DNA of 64,000 bases from Candidatus Bathyarchaeota archaeon (GCA_004376295.1 SOJZ01000005.1:110554-174553); one strand, 5' to 3'; counted from the stretch's first letter, positions 1 to 10,912 are shown. Translations and numbers: made by a program. The notes: a model not told the origin generated them from the sequence alone.

Positions 1-261
1 AACAGCAAACGTTTTTTCCTTTAAGGGCAGCTTTCCAAGTTTGTCGATAAATTTCTTGATACCTCTGGTTGGTCCACCAAAATGATTTGGAGACCCAATC
101 AGAATCACATCGTAATCAAGTACTTCCGTTGGTTCCATGTGTTTGGGTTCCTTTAGCACGGTTTCTATTCTTTGTATTTCGTTTATGCCCTCTATGATTG
201 TCTCTGCCACTTGTTTAGTGTTGCCATGCTTTGATTCGTAAACAACAATAACTTTCGTCAT
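1..261 (-). CDS. flavodoxin-like protein (3' end runs off the window)
   Basis: Reverse-strand translation from the ATG at 259-261 gives MTKVIVVYESKHGNTKQVAETIIEGI...DYDVILIGSPNHFGGPTRGIKKFID. This matches the flavodoxin FMN-loop pattern (SKHGNT) and the GSP motif. It is truncated by the window edge, so it is absent from the ORF track. Confidence 0.6.
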   Translation of the reverse strand, partial: MTKVIVVYESKHGNTKQVAETIIEGINEIQRIETVLKEPKHMEPTEVLDYDVILIGSPNHFGGPTRGIKKFIDKLGKLPLKEKTFAV

Positions 262-346
262 ACGTCTACCTTATATCCTGTTGAGTTCACGAGACAGCAG
301 ATACAAGTCTAAAACCGTCAACCGACGTATATCATGGCGCGGAGTT

Positions 347-736
347 TCACGTCATTTCTTTTGGAACTCGGAAATGCGACTGTTTCCCAGCGCTAATGTA
401 TTCTCCACCCACACCGCGGATGACGGACGCAATCTTTGCAAAATTGTCCGAACCCAAATACTGACGTGGCTTAACCACAATAAACTCTCCTTTCTCCTCA
501 AAACTCAACATATCCTCCAAATCCTTAGAAAACAACATCTTAACATCCTCAACACCACGTGTAACCGCAGCACCAGCAGGCGTAGGAGCGGCAGGAACCT
601 CAGGGGCACTAGGAACAGCCACGGTCTTAAGCGACTTCGAAACCTCACTAAGGTCACGAGAAATAATCTTCAAAACATTGAGAAGCTCATTAATCCTCTC
701 TAGCAGCTCTTCTGCACTCAATTTCTTTTCACTCAC
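347..736 (-). CDS. hypothetical protein (N-terminal helical segment, Ala/Pro-rich linker, C-terminal globular domain)
   Basis: The ORF is 347..811. The likely start is the in-frame GTG at 736, preceded by GGAGG (complement of 744-748) at Shine-Dalgarno (SD) spacing. Linker sequence is VAVPSAPEVPAAPTPAGAAV. I recognised no family. Confidence 0.55.
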   Translation of the reverse strand: MSEKKLSAEELLERINELLNVLKIISRDLSEVSKSLKTVAVPSAPEVPAAPTPAGAAVTRGVEDVKMLFSKDLEDMLSFEEKGEFIVVKPRQYLGSDNFAKIASVIRGVGGEYISAGKQSHFRVPKEMT

Positions 737-849
737 AGATAAGCCTCCACACATAGTTATTTTATATGTTTCCTCATTTATTTTTATCCTAGCAACATCA
801 TTGCAACACAAAAAGAATTCAGATAAAGCGAGAACTTAGAGGCTCAAAC

Positions 850-1890
850 ATGCTAGAGATCGACGGAAGCAAAAAAAGCGGAAGCGGCACCATACTACGC
901 CTATCCATCGCCCTAGCCACAATCCTGAACCAGCCACTACACATCTACAACATCCGCCAAAAACGCACACAACCAGGCCTAAGACCACAACACCTCGAAG
1001 CCGTACTCACAGCCGCAAAACTCTGCAACGCGGAGCTTAAAGGCGCCACGCTGGGTTCTCGCGAACTCTGGTTCACACCTCAAGAAATCATAAGCGGCAA
1101 CGTACACGCCGAAATCGGAACCGCCGGCAGCATCCCCATGCTATTGCTAACTATTCTACCAATTTGCGCCTTCATCAAACACTCTGTGCACGTCCACGTT
1201 GTCAAAGGCGGCACCGACGTTCGCCACTCACCCACCATAAACTACCTAAACCACGTGCTTCTTCGAATGCTGAAACGAATGGGCTTGAACGCTTCTCTCA
1301 CCATCCACAAATACGGTTACTATCCAAAAGGAATGGGAGAAATTACTCTAGAGGTTCAGCCATGTCAGAAACTCAGTCCAGTACGCCTCGAAGAATTTGG
1401 AACCATAGAAGAGTTGCACGGCGTCTCCGTATGCACTTTCTTGGCAGATCGAAAAGTCGCAGAACGTCAAGCCAACGCAGCCAATAAATATCTTGCAGCT
1501 CACGGTCACGAAGCAAAAATTCAAGTGATCAACGACATGTCTAACCCTCTTCAGAAAGGCAGCTCCCTCGTGTTGTGGGCGAAAACCAGCACAGGCGCAC
1601 TGCTGGGCGGAGATGCTATCGGCGAGCTTCGCAAGCCCAGCGAAGTTGTGGGACGAGAAGCCGCTGAAAACCTCTTCAAAGAAATCAAACCTCAACCAAC
1701 AGTAGATGTACACCTTGCCGACATGCTGATACCCTATGTCGCACTGGCCGATGGCAATTCAACCTACCTAACTAGAGCCATAACGGAGCATTTAGACACC
1801 AACATATGGCTGACTCAGAAAATCTTAGGCGTAAAATTCGAAGTTTCAAAGACAATGAATCTCTATCGAATCAAGAAAAAAGGGTCGTAA
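850..1890 (+). CDS. rtcA: RNA 3'-terminal phosphate cyclase
   Basis: 346 aa. The N-terminus IDGSKKSGSGTILRLSIALATILNQPLHIYNIRQKRTQPGLRPQHL is the characteristic RtcA pattern, and the length fits. Confidence 0.9.
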   Translation: MLEIDGSKKSGSGTILRLSIALATILNQPLHIYNIRQKRTQPGLRPQHLEAVLTAAKLCNAELKGATLGSRELWFTPQEIISGNVHAEIGTAGSIPMLLLTILPICAFIKHSVHVHVVKGGTDVRHSPTINYLNHVLLRMLKRMGLNASLTIHKYGYYPKGMGEITLEVQPCQKLSPVRLEEFGTIEELHGVSVCTFLADRKVAERQANAANKYLAAHGHEAKIQVINDMSNPLQKGSSLVLWAKTSTGALLGGDAIGELRKPSEVVGREAAENLFKEIKPQPTVDVHLADMLIPYVALADGNSTYLTRAITEHLDTNIWLTQKILGVKFEVSKTMNLYRIKKKGS

Positions 1891-1907
1891 AAAGGAGGTT
1901 TCCTCTA

Positions 1908-2924
1908 GTGGCTAAAGCTCGCGTTCGAGGTATCTACTCAACCGCCCTAACGAAACTTCTTCTCGACCATGATTTCGCCATAGTTCAACCATCAGCCACC
2001 ATAAAAGAAAGGTTCAGATTGGAAGAACTTGACGAGTCACCTGACCTCGATGTTTACGATCGACCTGATCTGCAAGGGGTTCAAGCCTGCGGAAAAGTCG
2101 AATCCATAAACGCATTCAAGTTCATCTTGCAGTCTAGCCTTAACGACGTTGTTGTCAGGGAATGGCATTCTGCGGCTGTGTATCCGCTGGCTGGCGTATT
2201 GAGAGGCAAGAGAATCAACCTTGTGAAAGAAGGAGAATTCGCGATAGATGTGGAGTTTCCTGCCTTGTCAAAGAAGAAACTGGATAAGCTTCGAAGTGCC
2301 GTTGCCCCCACGCTAGACGGGCACCATTACTACAAGGCTTGCGGAGAAAGGGTTTCATCGGCGCTTGATATGGCTGAGAAGATGCTCGAGAAAGGTTGTT
2401 CACGTGTAGACGTGGAATATCTTTTCAAACAAACCATTGGAGCAAACTATCCCCGAGTGGGTTCCTTAATAGATATAGAACACGTAAAACTAGACGGCCA
2501 AGTCTTCAACCTCGGAAAAGCCTCGATTGAAGCTTTCAACCACAATAATTTGTTCATTCAGCTCAGCCGAGTTTTCAAAACCGCAGGAGTATACGACGGT
2601 CTTAAAACACGCAAGGCGCCCGATGACTATGCTGTCACCGAAGTCAAACTTGGAGAATGCCACTTCAAAACCCAATATTTCTCAAAAAACGGGCGGTACA
2701 AAGGAGCTTACATCAACCTAAACACGCCGATAGAATTGTACCCCTATGGAATTCGCTACGTGGACTTGGAAGTGGACGTTTGCGTTTGGCCGAACGGTCG
2801 GGTTAGGGTGTTAGATGAGAAAAAGCTTGAAGACGCAGCTACAGAAGGCTTGATCACCAGAAAATTGGTTAAAAACGTTAAGAAGAAACTGCAAGAACTT
2901 GTGAAAGAACTTTCGTTCAGCTAG
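1908..2924 (+). CDS. DUF402 domain protein, FAU-1/RNase E-G-like RNA-binding protein
   Basis: The in-frame GTG at 1908 is preceded by AAAGGAGGT (1891-1899). N-terminus is VAKARVRGIYSTALTKLLLDHDF. The C-terminal part YKGAYINLNTPIELYPYGIRYVDLEVDVCVWPNG is typical of DUF402. Confidence 0.75.
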   Translation: MAKARVRGIYSTALTKLLLDHDFAIVQPSATIKERFRLEELDESPDLDVYDRPDLQGVQACGKVESINAFKFILQSSLNDVVVREWHSAAVYPLAGVLRGKRINLVKEGEFAIDVEFPALSKKKLDKLRSAVAPTLDGHHYYKACGERVSSALDMAEKMLEKGCSRVDVEYLFKQTIGANYPRVGSLIDIEHVKLDGQVFNLGKASIEAFNHNNLFIQLSRVFKTAGVYDGLKTRKAPDDYAVTEVKLGECHFKTQYFSKNGRYKGAYINLNTPIELYPYGIRYVDLEVDVCVWPNGRVRVLDEKKLEDAATEGLITRKLVKNVKKKLQELVKELSFS

Positions 2925-3001
2925 ACAATGCGCTGGAGGCGGAAGAATGAGTAGTAAACAATATAAGTCTCTTTAGGTCCAACGTTTTTAAGGTTGAATC
3001 T

Positions 3002-3961
3002 ATGAGTAGCTTATGGAAACTCCGATTCTCTATGTTTGGAACCTTATCTGTCATCATTGGACTGTCAACGCTCTTTTTTGCGGGTGTCCTCTACATGACT
3101 GGCATAAGCTTCATGGTGTTACCCTTCATCATCGTGGCATTTAACATTGGTCAGTGGCTGTTTGCTCCGCGTCTCATAGATGCTATGTACCGAGTGAAAG
3201 AAGTGTCAAGATCAGATAATCCCGAATTGTACGAGACGGTAGAGAGATTAAGCAAAAAGAGCGGCATCAAAATGCCAAGAGTTATGCTAGCTAAAATTCC
3301 CTTACCAAACGCCTTCGCCTACGGGTCACCCATCGCCGGAACTAGGGTGGCGGTTACAAAGGGACTTTTGGAAACATTGGAGGCCGAAGAAGTGGAAGCG
3401 GTGATCGGCCACGAGTTAGGGCATCTGAAGCACAAGGATGTTCAGGTGATGATGTTTGTCTCACTTCTACCCGCGTTGTTTTATGCTATCGGTCTCTCTA
3501 TGCTTTTTTCCTCTCGAACAGGTAGGGGTGGAAGGAGTGGTGGAGCTGCAATCATAGGCATTGCCAGCATCATTCTCTACTGGATTCTCACATTATTCAC
3601 GCTATACCTAAGTCGCTTGCGCGAATACTACGCTGATCGCCACAGCGCCATGATAGTTGAAGATGGTCCTCGAAAGCTTTCTGAAGGCTTAGCAAAAATC
3701 GTACGTTCAACCGGAAGGATGAAAAAACATCGTCGAGGTACCAGCGGTTCCAGCTCGCTTAAAAGCCTCTTCATAACAGATCCTGACCGCGCAGACTTGG
3801 ATGCAACGTCTATAAGACAGGCTGGAGTGTACTCCACTGATCGAAAGCTTGTTGAGGACGTTCTTAGAAGAAAAATAACAACGTTAGATAGGGTAATGGA
3901 GTTCTTTTCCACTCACCCTAACATAGTTAAACGCCTGAAGGCACTGCAAGAACTAGCATAA
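3002..3961 (+). CDS. htpX: M48-family zinc protease HtpX homolog
   Basis: Transmembrane (TM) helices are present, with the HEXXH motif HELGHLKHKD and a downstream EYYADRHSA. Length is 319 aa. Confidence 0.85.
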   Translation: MSSLWKLRFSMFGTLSVIIGLSTLFFAGVLYMTGISFMVLPFIIVAFNIGQWLFAPRLIDAMYRVKEVSRSDNPELYETVERLSKKSGIKMPRVMLAKIPLPNAFAYGSPIAGTRVAVTKGLLETLEAEEVEAVIGHELGHLKHKDVQVMMFVSLLPALFYAIGLSMLFSSRTGRGGRSGGAAIIGIASIILYWILTLFTLYLSRLREYYADRHSAMIVEDGPRKLSEGLAKIVRSTGRMKKHRRGTSGSSSLKSLFITDPDRADLDATSIRQAGVYSTDRKLVEDVLRRKITTLDRVMEFFSTHPNIVKRLKALQELA

Positions 3962-3983
3962 TCGTTAATTGTTCTTGCGTCTG

Positions 3984-5546
3984 TTACCACTTCTTCTGCG
4001 TCATCGTTGCCTCTATAGCCTTTGCGAGCTCTCCGTTTCGGACTAATTCAACCACGGTTTCTATATCTCTAGATGATGCTCTGTCTTCTTTTAACATGGG
4101 CACTCTTTTTCTTATCACCGAATAAGCTGTTTTTGTTCCTTTTCCAAGCTTGTCCGAGCCTCGGAAATCTATGCCCTGCGCCGCGCACAACAGTTCAATA
4201 GCCACAATATACTCTACGTTTCTGAGAATCTCCACAGATTTTCTCGCAGCAATGGTTCCCATGCTTACAAAGTCTTCAAAATTTGCTGATGTGGGTATCG
4301 AGTCAACGCTCGCCGGATGCGCCAAAGCTTTGTTCTCTGAAGCCAATGAAGCAGCTGTGTATTGGACTGACATATAACCGCTGTGCATTCCTTTTTCAAC
4401 TTCTCCAGATATCAGAAAGGCAGGCAATCCCTCGCTTAAATTTTCATCAATAAGCCTCGCCACCCTTCTTTCAGAGATGTTGCCAACCACAGTAAGTACT
4501 ATCCCCAATAGGTCCATTGCAACGGCTATCGGTTGTCCATGGAAATTCCCGCCGGACAAACACTCTTTGTCATCAGGAAAGATTAAGGGGTTGTCTGTAG
4601 CAGAGTTGATTTCTATTTCAATTATTCTTCTCGCATAAGCGACAGCGTCTCTTGCTGTACCCAAAACTTGCGGGGCGCATCTCAAGGAATAGGGGTCTTG
4701 AGGGGACCTATTTTTCATATTCTTTATCGCTTCACTACTTGACTGGATTATCTTGCTTCCAGCCGTCAACGATCGTATGTTTTTGGCGCTCTCAACTTGG
4801 CCCGGATGAGGCCTTACATGATGAATTTTTTCGTCGAACGCATCCGATATTCCACTTAAGGCTTCGAGGCTCATCGAGGTAGCGATTTCAGCTGTTCTGA
4901 TCAATGTTTCACTGTCGTAAACTGCTAGTACTCCAACTGCTGTCATCATTTGGGCACCATTGATTAGGGCTATTCCCTCCTTGGAGTCGAGTTCAACGGG
5001 GCTGATTCCAGCTTTGTCGATCGCCTCTCTTCCACTCATCTTCTTACCTTTGTACTCCGCCTCACCTTCGCCTATCATCACCAACGTCATGTGCGCTAAC
5101 GGAGAGAGGTCGCCGCTAGCACCCACAGACCCTTTTTCCGGAATCACCGGATGCACTCCCTTGTTGATCATGTGAACCAGTGTCTCTAACGTTTTCAGCC
5201 TTATTCCAGAATTCCCTTTTGCCAGAGTGTTGGCCCGCAACAGCATCAGCGCCCGTGTTACGTCTCTGCTTAACGGTTTTCCGACACCCGCGGCATGACT
5301 TCTGATTAGGTTGGACTGTAGTTCCTTGATGTTCTCTGTAGGGATTTTTATGCTGCCTAAAGCTCCAAATCCTGTTGTAACACCATAGACAACCTTTTTC
5401 TCTTTCACAATTTCTTCAAGAACCCACCTACATCTTCTAACTTTCTTTTGTGTTTCCTCTGGAATCTCTACTTCAGCGCCACCACGTGCTACAGCAACCA
5501 CATCTTCTACGGTCAGGCTTTCTCCATCAATAAGCACTTTCCCCAT
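3984..5546 (-). CDS. hutH: histidine ammonia-lyase
   Basis: Contains the MIO-forming motif GSVGASGDLSPLAH. The N-terminus MGKVLIDGESLTVEDV is typical of HAL. The ORF extends to 5591, but the ATG at 5546 gives the canonical N-terminus. Confidence 0.9.
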   Translation of the reverse strand: MGKVLIDGESLTVEDVVAVARGGAEVEIPEETQKKVRRCRWVLEEIVKEKKVVYGVTTGFGALGSIKIPTENIKELQSNLIRSHAAGVGKPLSRDVTRALMLLRANTLAKGNSGIRLKTLETLVHMINKGVHPVIPEKGSVGASGDLSPLAHMTLVMIGEGEAEYKGKKMSGREAIDKAGISPVELDSKEGIALINGAQMMTAVGVLAVYDSETLIRTAEIATSMSLEALSGISDAFDEKIHHVRPHPGQVESAKNIRSLTAGSKIIQSSSEAIKNMKNRSPQDPYSLRCAPQVLGTARDAVAYARRIIEIEINSATDNPLIFPDDKECLSGGNFHGQPIAVAMDLLGIVLTVVGNISERRVARLIDENLSEGLPAFLISGEVEKGMHSGYMSVQYTAASLASENKALAHPASVDSIPTSANFEDFVSMGTIAARKSVEILRNVEYIVAIELLCAAQGIDFRGSDKLGKGTKTAYSVIRKRVPMLKEDRASSRDIETVVELVRNGELAKAIEATMTQKKW

Positions 5547-5619
5547 AACTTTTCCTTCCCTTGTTTCTGACAAGACTAAAGGGTATGGCATAAAGTATTT
5601 TAGGATTGTTTATTGTCTT

Positions 5620-7386
5620 TTGAGGTGGCGAAATTTGATATCGGCAGATCATACGAAAGCTGTTGTTCTTACATCAGTTATTTTCATATCCGTATTAGCA
5701 GTCTACTATCCGTATAATCATCAGAGGCTGGGTAGGGTTAGCGATTCTGGTCTGTTTGATTATCCACAAATAGAGTTAAATCAAACCGCCGACATGACGG
5801 TGGTATTTCTTGGAATTGCTTCCGAGTATATAGATGAGAATGAATTCAAATCAAACATCAAGAAGAATGCGGCGCAGTTTGCGTCCTCAAATACCATTAC
5901 ATGGAATCTCAATGTATCTATAATTTTTCATGATTTTCCTGAGAGCATTATGGATGCTTTAGCCAGTAATGCCTATCAACATGACGGCAACACTTACTAT
6001 AATGTCACTCTGCTAGACACCTTGTTGTCAGGGTTAGAAAGTTTGGCTGTTCCCAAACGTGGATACTTAACCGTTTTCATGTGGCTTCCTGACGGTTCAG
6101 TTAATCATTCATGGTTTTACATCCTAGAAAGGCTTGATCTGTTTCTGGGTAGAACCGACTACTTTAACGGTAAACCATTCAAGTACTGGGCGTTTCCTTC
6201 TTATTTCGGCGGAATACGCAGAGCGCTCTACTTTGATCTGAGCGATGTGATTGAAAGGACGCCAGTGAAAACGGTCATAACGAACAACGCCATTCGGCTA
6301 TTCAATAATGGTCTTGAAGATGTGTTTGTCAATTCATTGGGTGCAACCTTGTTGAACAGCTGGGGGGATTCGCGAATGATTGAGGCTGATATGCAAAGGT
6401 ATGAACGCTATGAGCTGAGGATACTCTGGCTAAACGGGACAGGTGAACAGATTTATCGAGAGCGGATAAAAGAGGCATTTGAAGATTTGATGCCATGGAC
6501 CAACTGGACTATAACTGTGAAAACGAGACCCGTGGACGCCGAGTTGAATAGTTTCGTCGAAAATCGGACGGTCGAATTGCCAAAACCTCTGACCTACTCG
6601 TTTTCTCTTTCCGATGGGAGTAAAATAACCATCCAAACCCGGAGAAGTGTGATGTGGGATGTATGGGGAAACCACTCGGGTGAGAATGACCCTCTAACTC
6701 AGTATTTCTTCGAGCGTGTAAAAGATTACTTTAACCTAACAGACATTCATGATAAATCCGTAATCCCTCTCGTATTTTTACAATTAAGAAACGACACAGG
6801 CGCTGCAGGAGGCATGAGTGCAGGCGTCTCCTGGTTTCCTTGCAACATGATAATTATATGTTACCAAGGCGCCGCGGTTAATACTTTGGGAGCGATTTTC
6901 ATGACACAGCTCATCAGACATGAGGTTGGACATTGGGTTAGCCTCTCACATCATTCCGAGCGTTTCGGGTTAGGCTACGCAAAGAGTGTTTGTTCAATGC
7001 GAGCTTTAACCAACCGTTTCTGTGCCTTCTGCAAAGACGCCAGAAGAAGAATATCCTTTATCTCCTATTATAATGCGACTACGGAGCTACTCTCAAATTC
7101 AAGTGAGTTACCGAGCATCTACGGAAACCGAGCAAGGGTCAAAGCTCTAGAAAATGAGTTGGAGGATTCACTTCAACACTTTAACGATTGGGAATACGTT
7201 GAGGCTGTACAGTCAATAGTCCGAACTTATCATCAAACAGAGGACATTATACAAGAAGCAAAAAACTTGCAGTTCGTGTACACCTACATTCTCCCCGTCC
7301 TTATAATAGCTGTGGCGGCGTCCTCAATTATAATTACTTTTGCTTGGATCAAGAAACGAAAAACAAAAGTCGAAACATCCAAGTGA
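5620..7386 (+). CDS. membrane-anchored extracytoplasmic protein with a metzincin-like zinc motif
   Basis: 588 aa with an N-terminal TM segment (VVLTSVIFISVLAVYY) and a C-terminal TM plus basic tail (ILPVLIIAVAASSIIITFAWIKKRKTK). HEVGHWVSLSH has His at positions 1, 5 and 11, as in HExxHxxGxxH. About a dozen N-x-S/T sequons are present. Confidence 0.6.
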   Translation: MRWRNLISADHTKAVVLTSVIFISVLAVYYPYNHQRLGRVSDSGLFDYPQIELNQTADMTVVFLGIASEYIDENEFKSNIKKNAAQFASSNTITWNLNVSIIFHDFPESIMDALASNAYQHDGNTYYNVTLLDTLLSGLESLAVPKRGYLTVFMWLPDGSVNHSWFYILERLDLFLGRTDYFNGKPFKYWAFPSYFGGIRRALYFDLSDVIERTPVKTVITNNAIRLFNNGLEDVFVNSLGATLLNSWGDSRMIEADMQRYERYELRILWLNGTGEQIYRERIKEAFEDLMPWTNWTITVKTRPVDAELNSFVENRTVELPKPLTYSFSLSDGSKITIQTRRSVMWDVWGNHSGENDPLTQYFFERVKDYFNLTDIHDKSVIPLVFLQLRNDTGAAGGMSAGVSWFPCNMIIICYQGAAVNTLGAIFMTQLIRHEVGHWVSLSHHSERFGLGYAKSVCSMRALTNRFCAFCKDARRRISFISYYNATTELLSNSSELPSIYGNRARVKALENELEDSLQHFNDWEYVEAVQSIVRTYHQTEDIIQEAKNLQFVYTYILPVLIIAVAASSIIITFAWIKKRKTKVETSK

Positions 7387-7426
7387 TAGCTTTAATCTAA
7401 TTACGGTATCTTTGAAGAGCAAAGAG

Positions 7427-8359
7427 TTATGGTTTAATTCTTTTCAGCCTTTTCACGTATAAGTATGTAGCTAAACCCGCCTTTATGCCGTCGCCTACGC
7501 AAGAGGTCATATGAAATCCACTGGCGCATGTACAGTCTCCTGCCGCGAAAACTCCTTCAATATTGGTTTGCTGTCTGCTGTCAACAATTATTCCACCTTG
7601 CCTGTGAGTTTTCACTCTGATCTTTTCAACCTTAAGAGATGTTGGTTCTACACCGAGAGCAATAAAAACGCCTTCAGCTTGAACAACATTTGTTTCACCA
7701 TTTTTCATGCTACGTAGTTTTACATCATTAAATAATTCTCTGCGTTCAATCGCTTCAACTTTATAGCCTTCTAGAATGGAAACTCCTTTTCTTCTTAATT
7801 TTTCAACAAGAGACTCAGCCTTCACTTTCGTGGAGTTTGTGACCAACGTTACCTTGTGAGCTACTTGAGATAATACAAGAGCCTCCTCTACTGCATCATT
7901 TCCTGAACCAACAACAATTACATTGCAATCCTTAAAGAAGGGGCCATCACAGGTGGCGCAATATGAAGTGCCTCTAGCGAGCCAGGTCTCACCGGGTACA
8001 TTCAATTTCTTCCATCTTGCACCTGTCGCTAGTATTAAAGCGTAGCATTCGTAACTTTTTCTTTGAGTTTTCACGATTTTTTTCTCCCTAAGATATACGT
8101 CGATTGCTTTCTCTTCGGTGTGAATCTCAACCGCCCCCTGCTTGGCTTGCTCGACCATTTTTTGGATAAATTCTGCTCCTGATATCCCTTCAAGCAAGAA
8201 TGTCCGTCTTGGGTAGCTCCAAAGTTTGGGAGGTTTCTCTGCCTCTAAAACGAGGGTTCTAAGCTTCATTACACCTGTAAAAAGCGCAGCAGAAAGACCC
8301 GCAGGACCAGCTCCCACGACGACAACATCGTAATCTTCCGTCTTACACTCCTCCTTCAA
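7427..8359 (-). CDS. thioredoxin-reductase-like FAD/NAD(P)-dependent oxidoreductase
   Basis: FAD-binding motif VVVVGAGPAGLSAA, redox CxxC in SYCATCDGPFF, a second dinucleotide motif VVGSGNDAVEEA, and C-terminal FAAGDC. Confidence 0.8.
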   Translation of the reverse strand: MKEECKTEDYDVVVVGAGPAGLSAALFTGVMKLRTLVLEAEKPPKLWSYPRRTFLLEGISGAEFIQKMVEQAKQGAVEIHTEEKAIDVYLREKKIVKTQRKSYECYALILATGARWKKLNVPGETWLARGTSYCATCDGPFFKDCNVIVVGSGNDAVEEALVLSQVAHKVTLVTNSTKVKAESLVEKLRRKGVSILEGYKVEAIERRELFNDVKLRSMKNGETNVVQAEGVFIALGVEPTSLKVEKIRVKTHRQGGIIVDSRQQTNIEGVFAAGDCTCASGFHMTSCVGDGIKAGLATYLYVKRLKRIKP

Positions 8360-8419
8360 AGAGCTTAAAATAAAAATGATAACACCTTTTAATCTTTTTA
8401 GTAAATACAGGTTTTAGGT

Positions 8420-8887
8420 TTATTTTCTCCAAGGTACACGAGTGTCCGCGTACACTACTCCACGTTTAGCTCTAGCCTCCTGCTCTTTAACCCATGCCTT
8501 CAGCCCTATCTTTCGCAATCTCTTTCCATCCTGAATAACCATGACATAGTGTTCGGCGAGACTTTCAATTAGGCTACAAGGATATTCCGCGCAAAAAGGA
8601 CACACATCCACTCCATTCTCTTTGGCACATATTCTTATCTTGCAGTCTGGAGGGCCTCCGTCAGTTCTGCAGGTGCAATCCATTTTCACCAAGCTGTCAA
8701 GGAACTTCCAGAACGTTGGGAAAGTATCTTTCATCGAAGGATAATACTCGTACCACGAGTCCATGCCTTCCTCGTGAAGTGTTTCCCGCAATAGCTTTGC
8801 ACGTTGTGGAATTCTGTTTCTGTGGGCGCATAAACCGCAGCCAAGTCCGCAATATCCCACGAGCTGAAGCGTATTTTCAGTCATCAA
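8420..8887 (-). CDS. Cys-rich DUF3795-like protein
   Basis: The N-terminus GYCGLGCGLCAHRN plus further Cys clusters (CTCRTDGGPPDCKIRIC, CPFCAEYPC) resemble DUF3795. The family name is recalled from memory. Confidence 0.55.
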   Translation of the reverse strand: MMTENTLQLVGYCGLGCGLCAHRNRIPQRAKLLRETLHEEGMDSWYEYYPSMKDTFPTFWKFLDSLVKMDCTCRTDGGPPDCKIRICAKENGVDVCPFCAEYPCSLIESLAEHYVMVIQDGKRLRKIGLKAWVKEQEARAKRGVVYADTRVPWRK

Positions 8888-8906
8888 TAAAACCTCAAGA
8901 AAAATA

Positions 8907-10568
8907 TTATTTTAACATCGGTATTTTGATTCTCTTCTCTTTCGCTATTCTTTTGGCTTTTTCGTAGCCCGCGTCTGCATGTCGGACAATGGCGGTTCCA
9001 GGGTCGGTGGTTAACACGGTGACGAGTCGTTTTTCAGCTTCTTTGGTTCCGTCGGCGACTAGGCACATTCCAGCGTGGATGCTGTAGCCGATTCCTACAC
9101 CTCCACCATGATGTACAGAAACCCAGGTAGCACCAGCCACAGCGTTGAGAAGAGCGTTCAAGATAGGCCAATCTGCAATTGCATCGCTTCCATCTCGCAT
9201 GCCCTCTGTCTCACGGTTCGGCGACGCCACGCTTCCCCCATCTAAATGGTCTCGCCCAATCCATATGGGACCTGAAAGCTCTCCTTTACGAACCATATCG
9301 TTCATGATCTTTCCAAACCTAGCTCTCTCGCCGAAGCCAAGCCAGCAAACCCGAGCGGGCAAGCCTTGAAACTTTACTTGTTCCTTTGCTTTTCTGATCC
9401 AGCGGCAAAGCTTATCGTTATACGGGAATTCTTTCAAAATAACGTCGTCAAGCTTGTAGATGTCTTCGGGGTCGCCTACGAGAGAGGTCCATCGGAAGGG
9501 GCCTCGTCCCTCACAAAACATCGGTCTGATGTATCTTAGCACGAAGCCTGGAAAGGTGAATGCTTCTTTGAATCCGTCGTCGTAGGCCTGCTGTCGTATG
9601 TTGTTGCCGTATTCAAACGTGACGGCTCCTTTCTTCATCATTTCAACCATGGCTTTCACTTGGGCATGAATGCTTTTCTTGGCTTTAGTGATGTAGTCTT
9701 CGGGATTTGAATCTCGAAGCGCGTCTGCCTCTTTCATAGAAAGTCCAGCGGGGTAATACCCGTTAAGCAGATCGTGCGCAGCCGTCTGGTCAGTTAAAAC
9801 GTCTGGAATTATCCCTCTTTTCACGAGTTCTGGATGAACCTCAGCGGCGTTTCCGAGCATTCCAATACTCTTCGGCACTTCTTCCTCCTTTGCCTGTTGT
9901 GCCATGTCAATCGCATCGTTCAGATCATCAGTCCATGTTTGAACGTATCCGTATTTCAATCTTCTCTCAATCATTTTTTTGTCGATCTCAACGACCAGAG
10001 CAACGCCGTCATTCATTGTCACAGCTAACGGCTGCGCTCCACCCATCTCGCCTAGTCCAGCAGTCAGCAAAAGCTTTCCTTTTAGGTTGCCTTTGAAGTG
10101 TTCTTTTGCCACAGCCGCCAGCGTTTCATAGGTGCCCTGTAATATGCCCTGTGTTCCTATGTACGCCCATGAGCCAGCAGTCATCTGTCCATACATAATT
10201 AGCCCCTTCTGTTCCAGCTCGTAGAAGTAGTCCCACGTCGCCCACTTCGGCACAAGCATGCTATTGACGATTAACACCCGAGGAGCCCACTCATGCGTCT
10301 TAAACACTGCCACAGGCTTTCCGCTTTGAATCAAAAGCGTTTCATCAATTTCCAGTTCTTTAAGGGTTTCAACTATTTTGTCGAAGCATTCCCAGTTTCT
10401 AGCAGCCTTTCCCGTACCGCCGTAAACGATGAGATGCTCAGGGTCTTTAGCAACTTCAGGGTCAACCACGTTGTGTAACATACGGAGAATGCCTTCAATC
10501 TGCCAATTTTTACAGTGTAACTCAGGACCCGTTATACATTTTACCGTTTTCTTCAACAGTGTCACCAC
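8907..10568 (-). CDS. hutU: urocanate hydratase
   Basis: 553 aa, with full-length resemblance to urocanase ([49 protein letters not shown]-type motif [12 protein letters not shown]). Confidence 0.92.
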   Translation of the reverse strand: MVTLLKKTVKCITGPELHCKNWQIEGILRMLHNVVDPEVAKDPEHLIVYGGTGKAARNWECFDKIVETLKELEIDETLLIQSGKPVAVFKTHEWAPRVLIVNSMLVPKWATWDYFYELEQKGLIMYGQMTAGSWAYIGTQGILQGTYETLAAVAKEHFKGNLKGKLLLTAGLGEMGGAQPLAVTMNDGVALVVEIDKKMIERRLKYGYVQTWTDDLNDAIDMAQQAKEEEVPKSIGMLGNAAEVHPELVKRGIIPDVLTDQTAAHDLLNGYYPAGLSMKEADALRDSNPEDYITKAKKSIHAQVKAMVEMMKKGAVTFEYGNNIRQQAYDDGFKEAFTFPGFVLRYIRPMFCEGRGPFRWTSLVGDPEDIYKLDDVILKEFPYNDKLCRWIRKAKEQVKFQGLPARVCWLGFGERARFGKIMNDMVRKGELSGPIWIGRDHLDGGSVASPNRETEGMRDGSDAIADWPILNALLNAVAGATWVSVHHGGGVGIGYSIHAGMCLVADGTKEAEKRLVTVLTTDPGTAIVRHADAGYEKAKRIAKEKRIKIPMLK

Positions 10569-10912
10569 ATGAGTGTTTTAAAATGAGAAGAGACCTTATT
10601 TATTTATTGAACCTTAAAAGCTAATTTTTATGGAATCTATCTTGGCAGTTTTTATATGCGCCAGTAACTTTTGATCAAATTAAATGTGAGTGCGTGGTTT
10701 CTCTTATTGAGAAAAGTGGCAGAAGAGGAATGAGGAGATTGAGAAAGAGATTCTCGATCGAGTAGCTTTCAAACCATTCGCTAATGATTCCTTGGTTAAA
10801 GAAGGTTGCGAAGGTCAAGGTTAAGGAAGCATAGAACTAGAGAAATGCTCGATAAAGCATAAATTGTAGGTTACGTCTAAAATAGTTAATTGAGAAGGGA
10901 AGTAGAGGGAAA

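Noticed and set aside
281-703. A 140-aa plus-strand ORF overlapping the 347-736 minus-strand gene.
   Set aside because: It is Arg/Ser/Asn-rich with an odd composition, has no SD, and is fully antisense to an ORF with a GGAGG-led start. I treat it as a shadow ORF.
7265-7386. The C-terminal TM plus KKRKTK tail of the 588-aa protein, as a second archaeosortase-type sorting signal.
   Set aside because: It shares no motif with the IVIPEN tail of the 48737-49543 product, and nothing before the helix resembles a known PGF/PEF-type motif. A plain C-terminal membrane anchor is the simpler reading.
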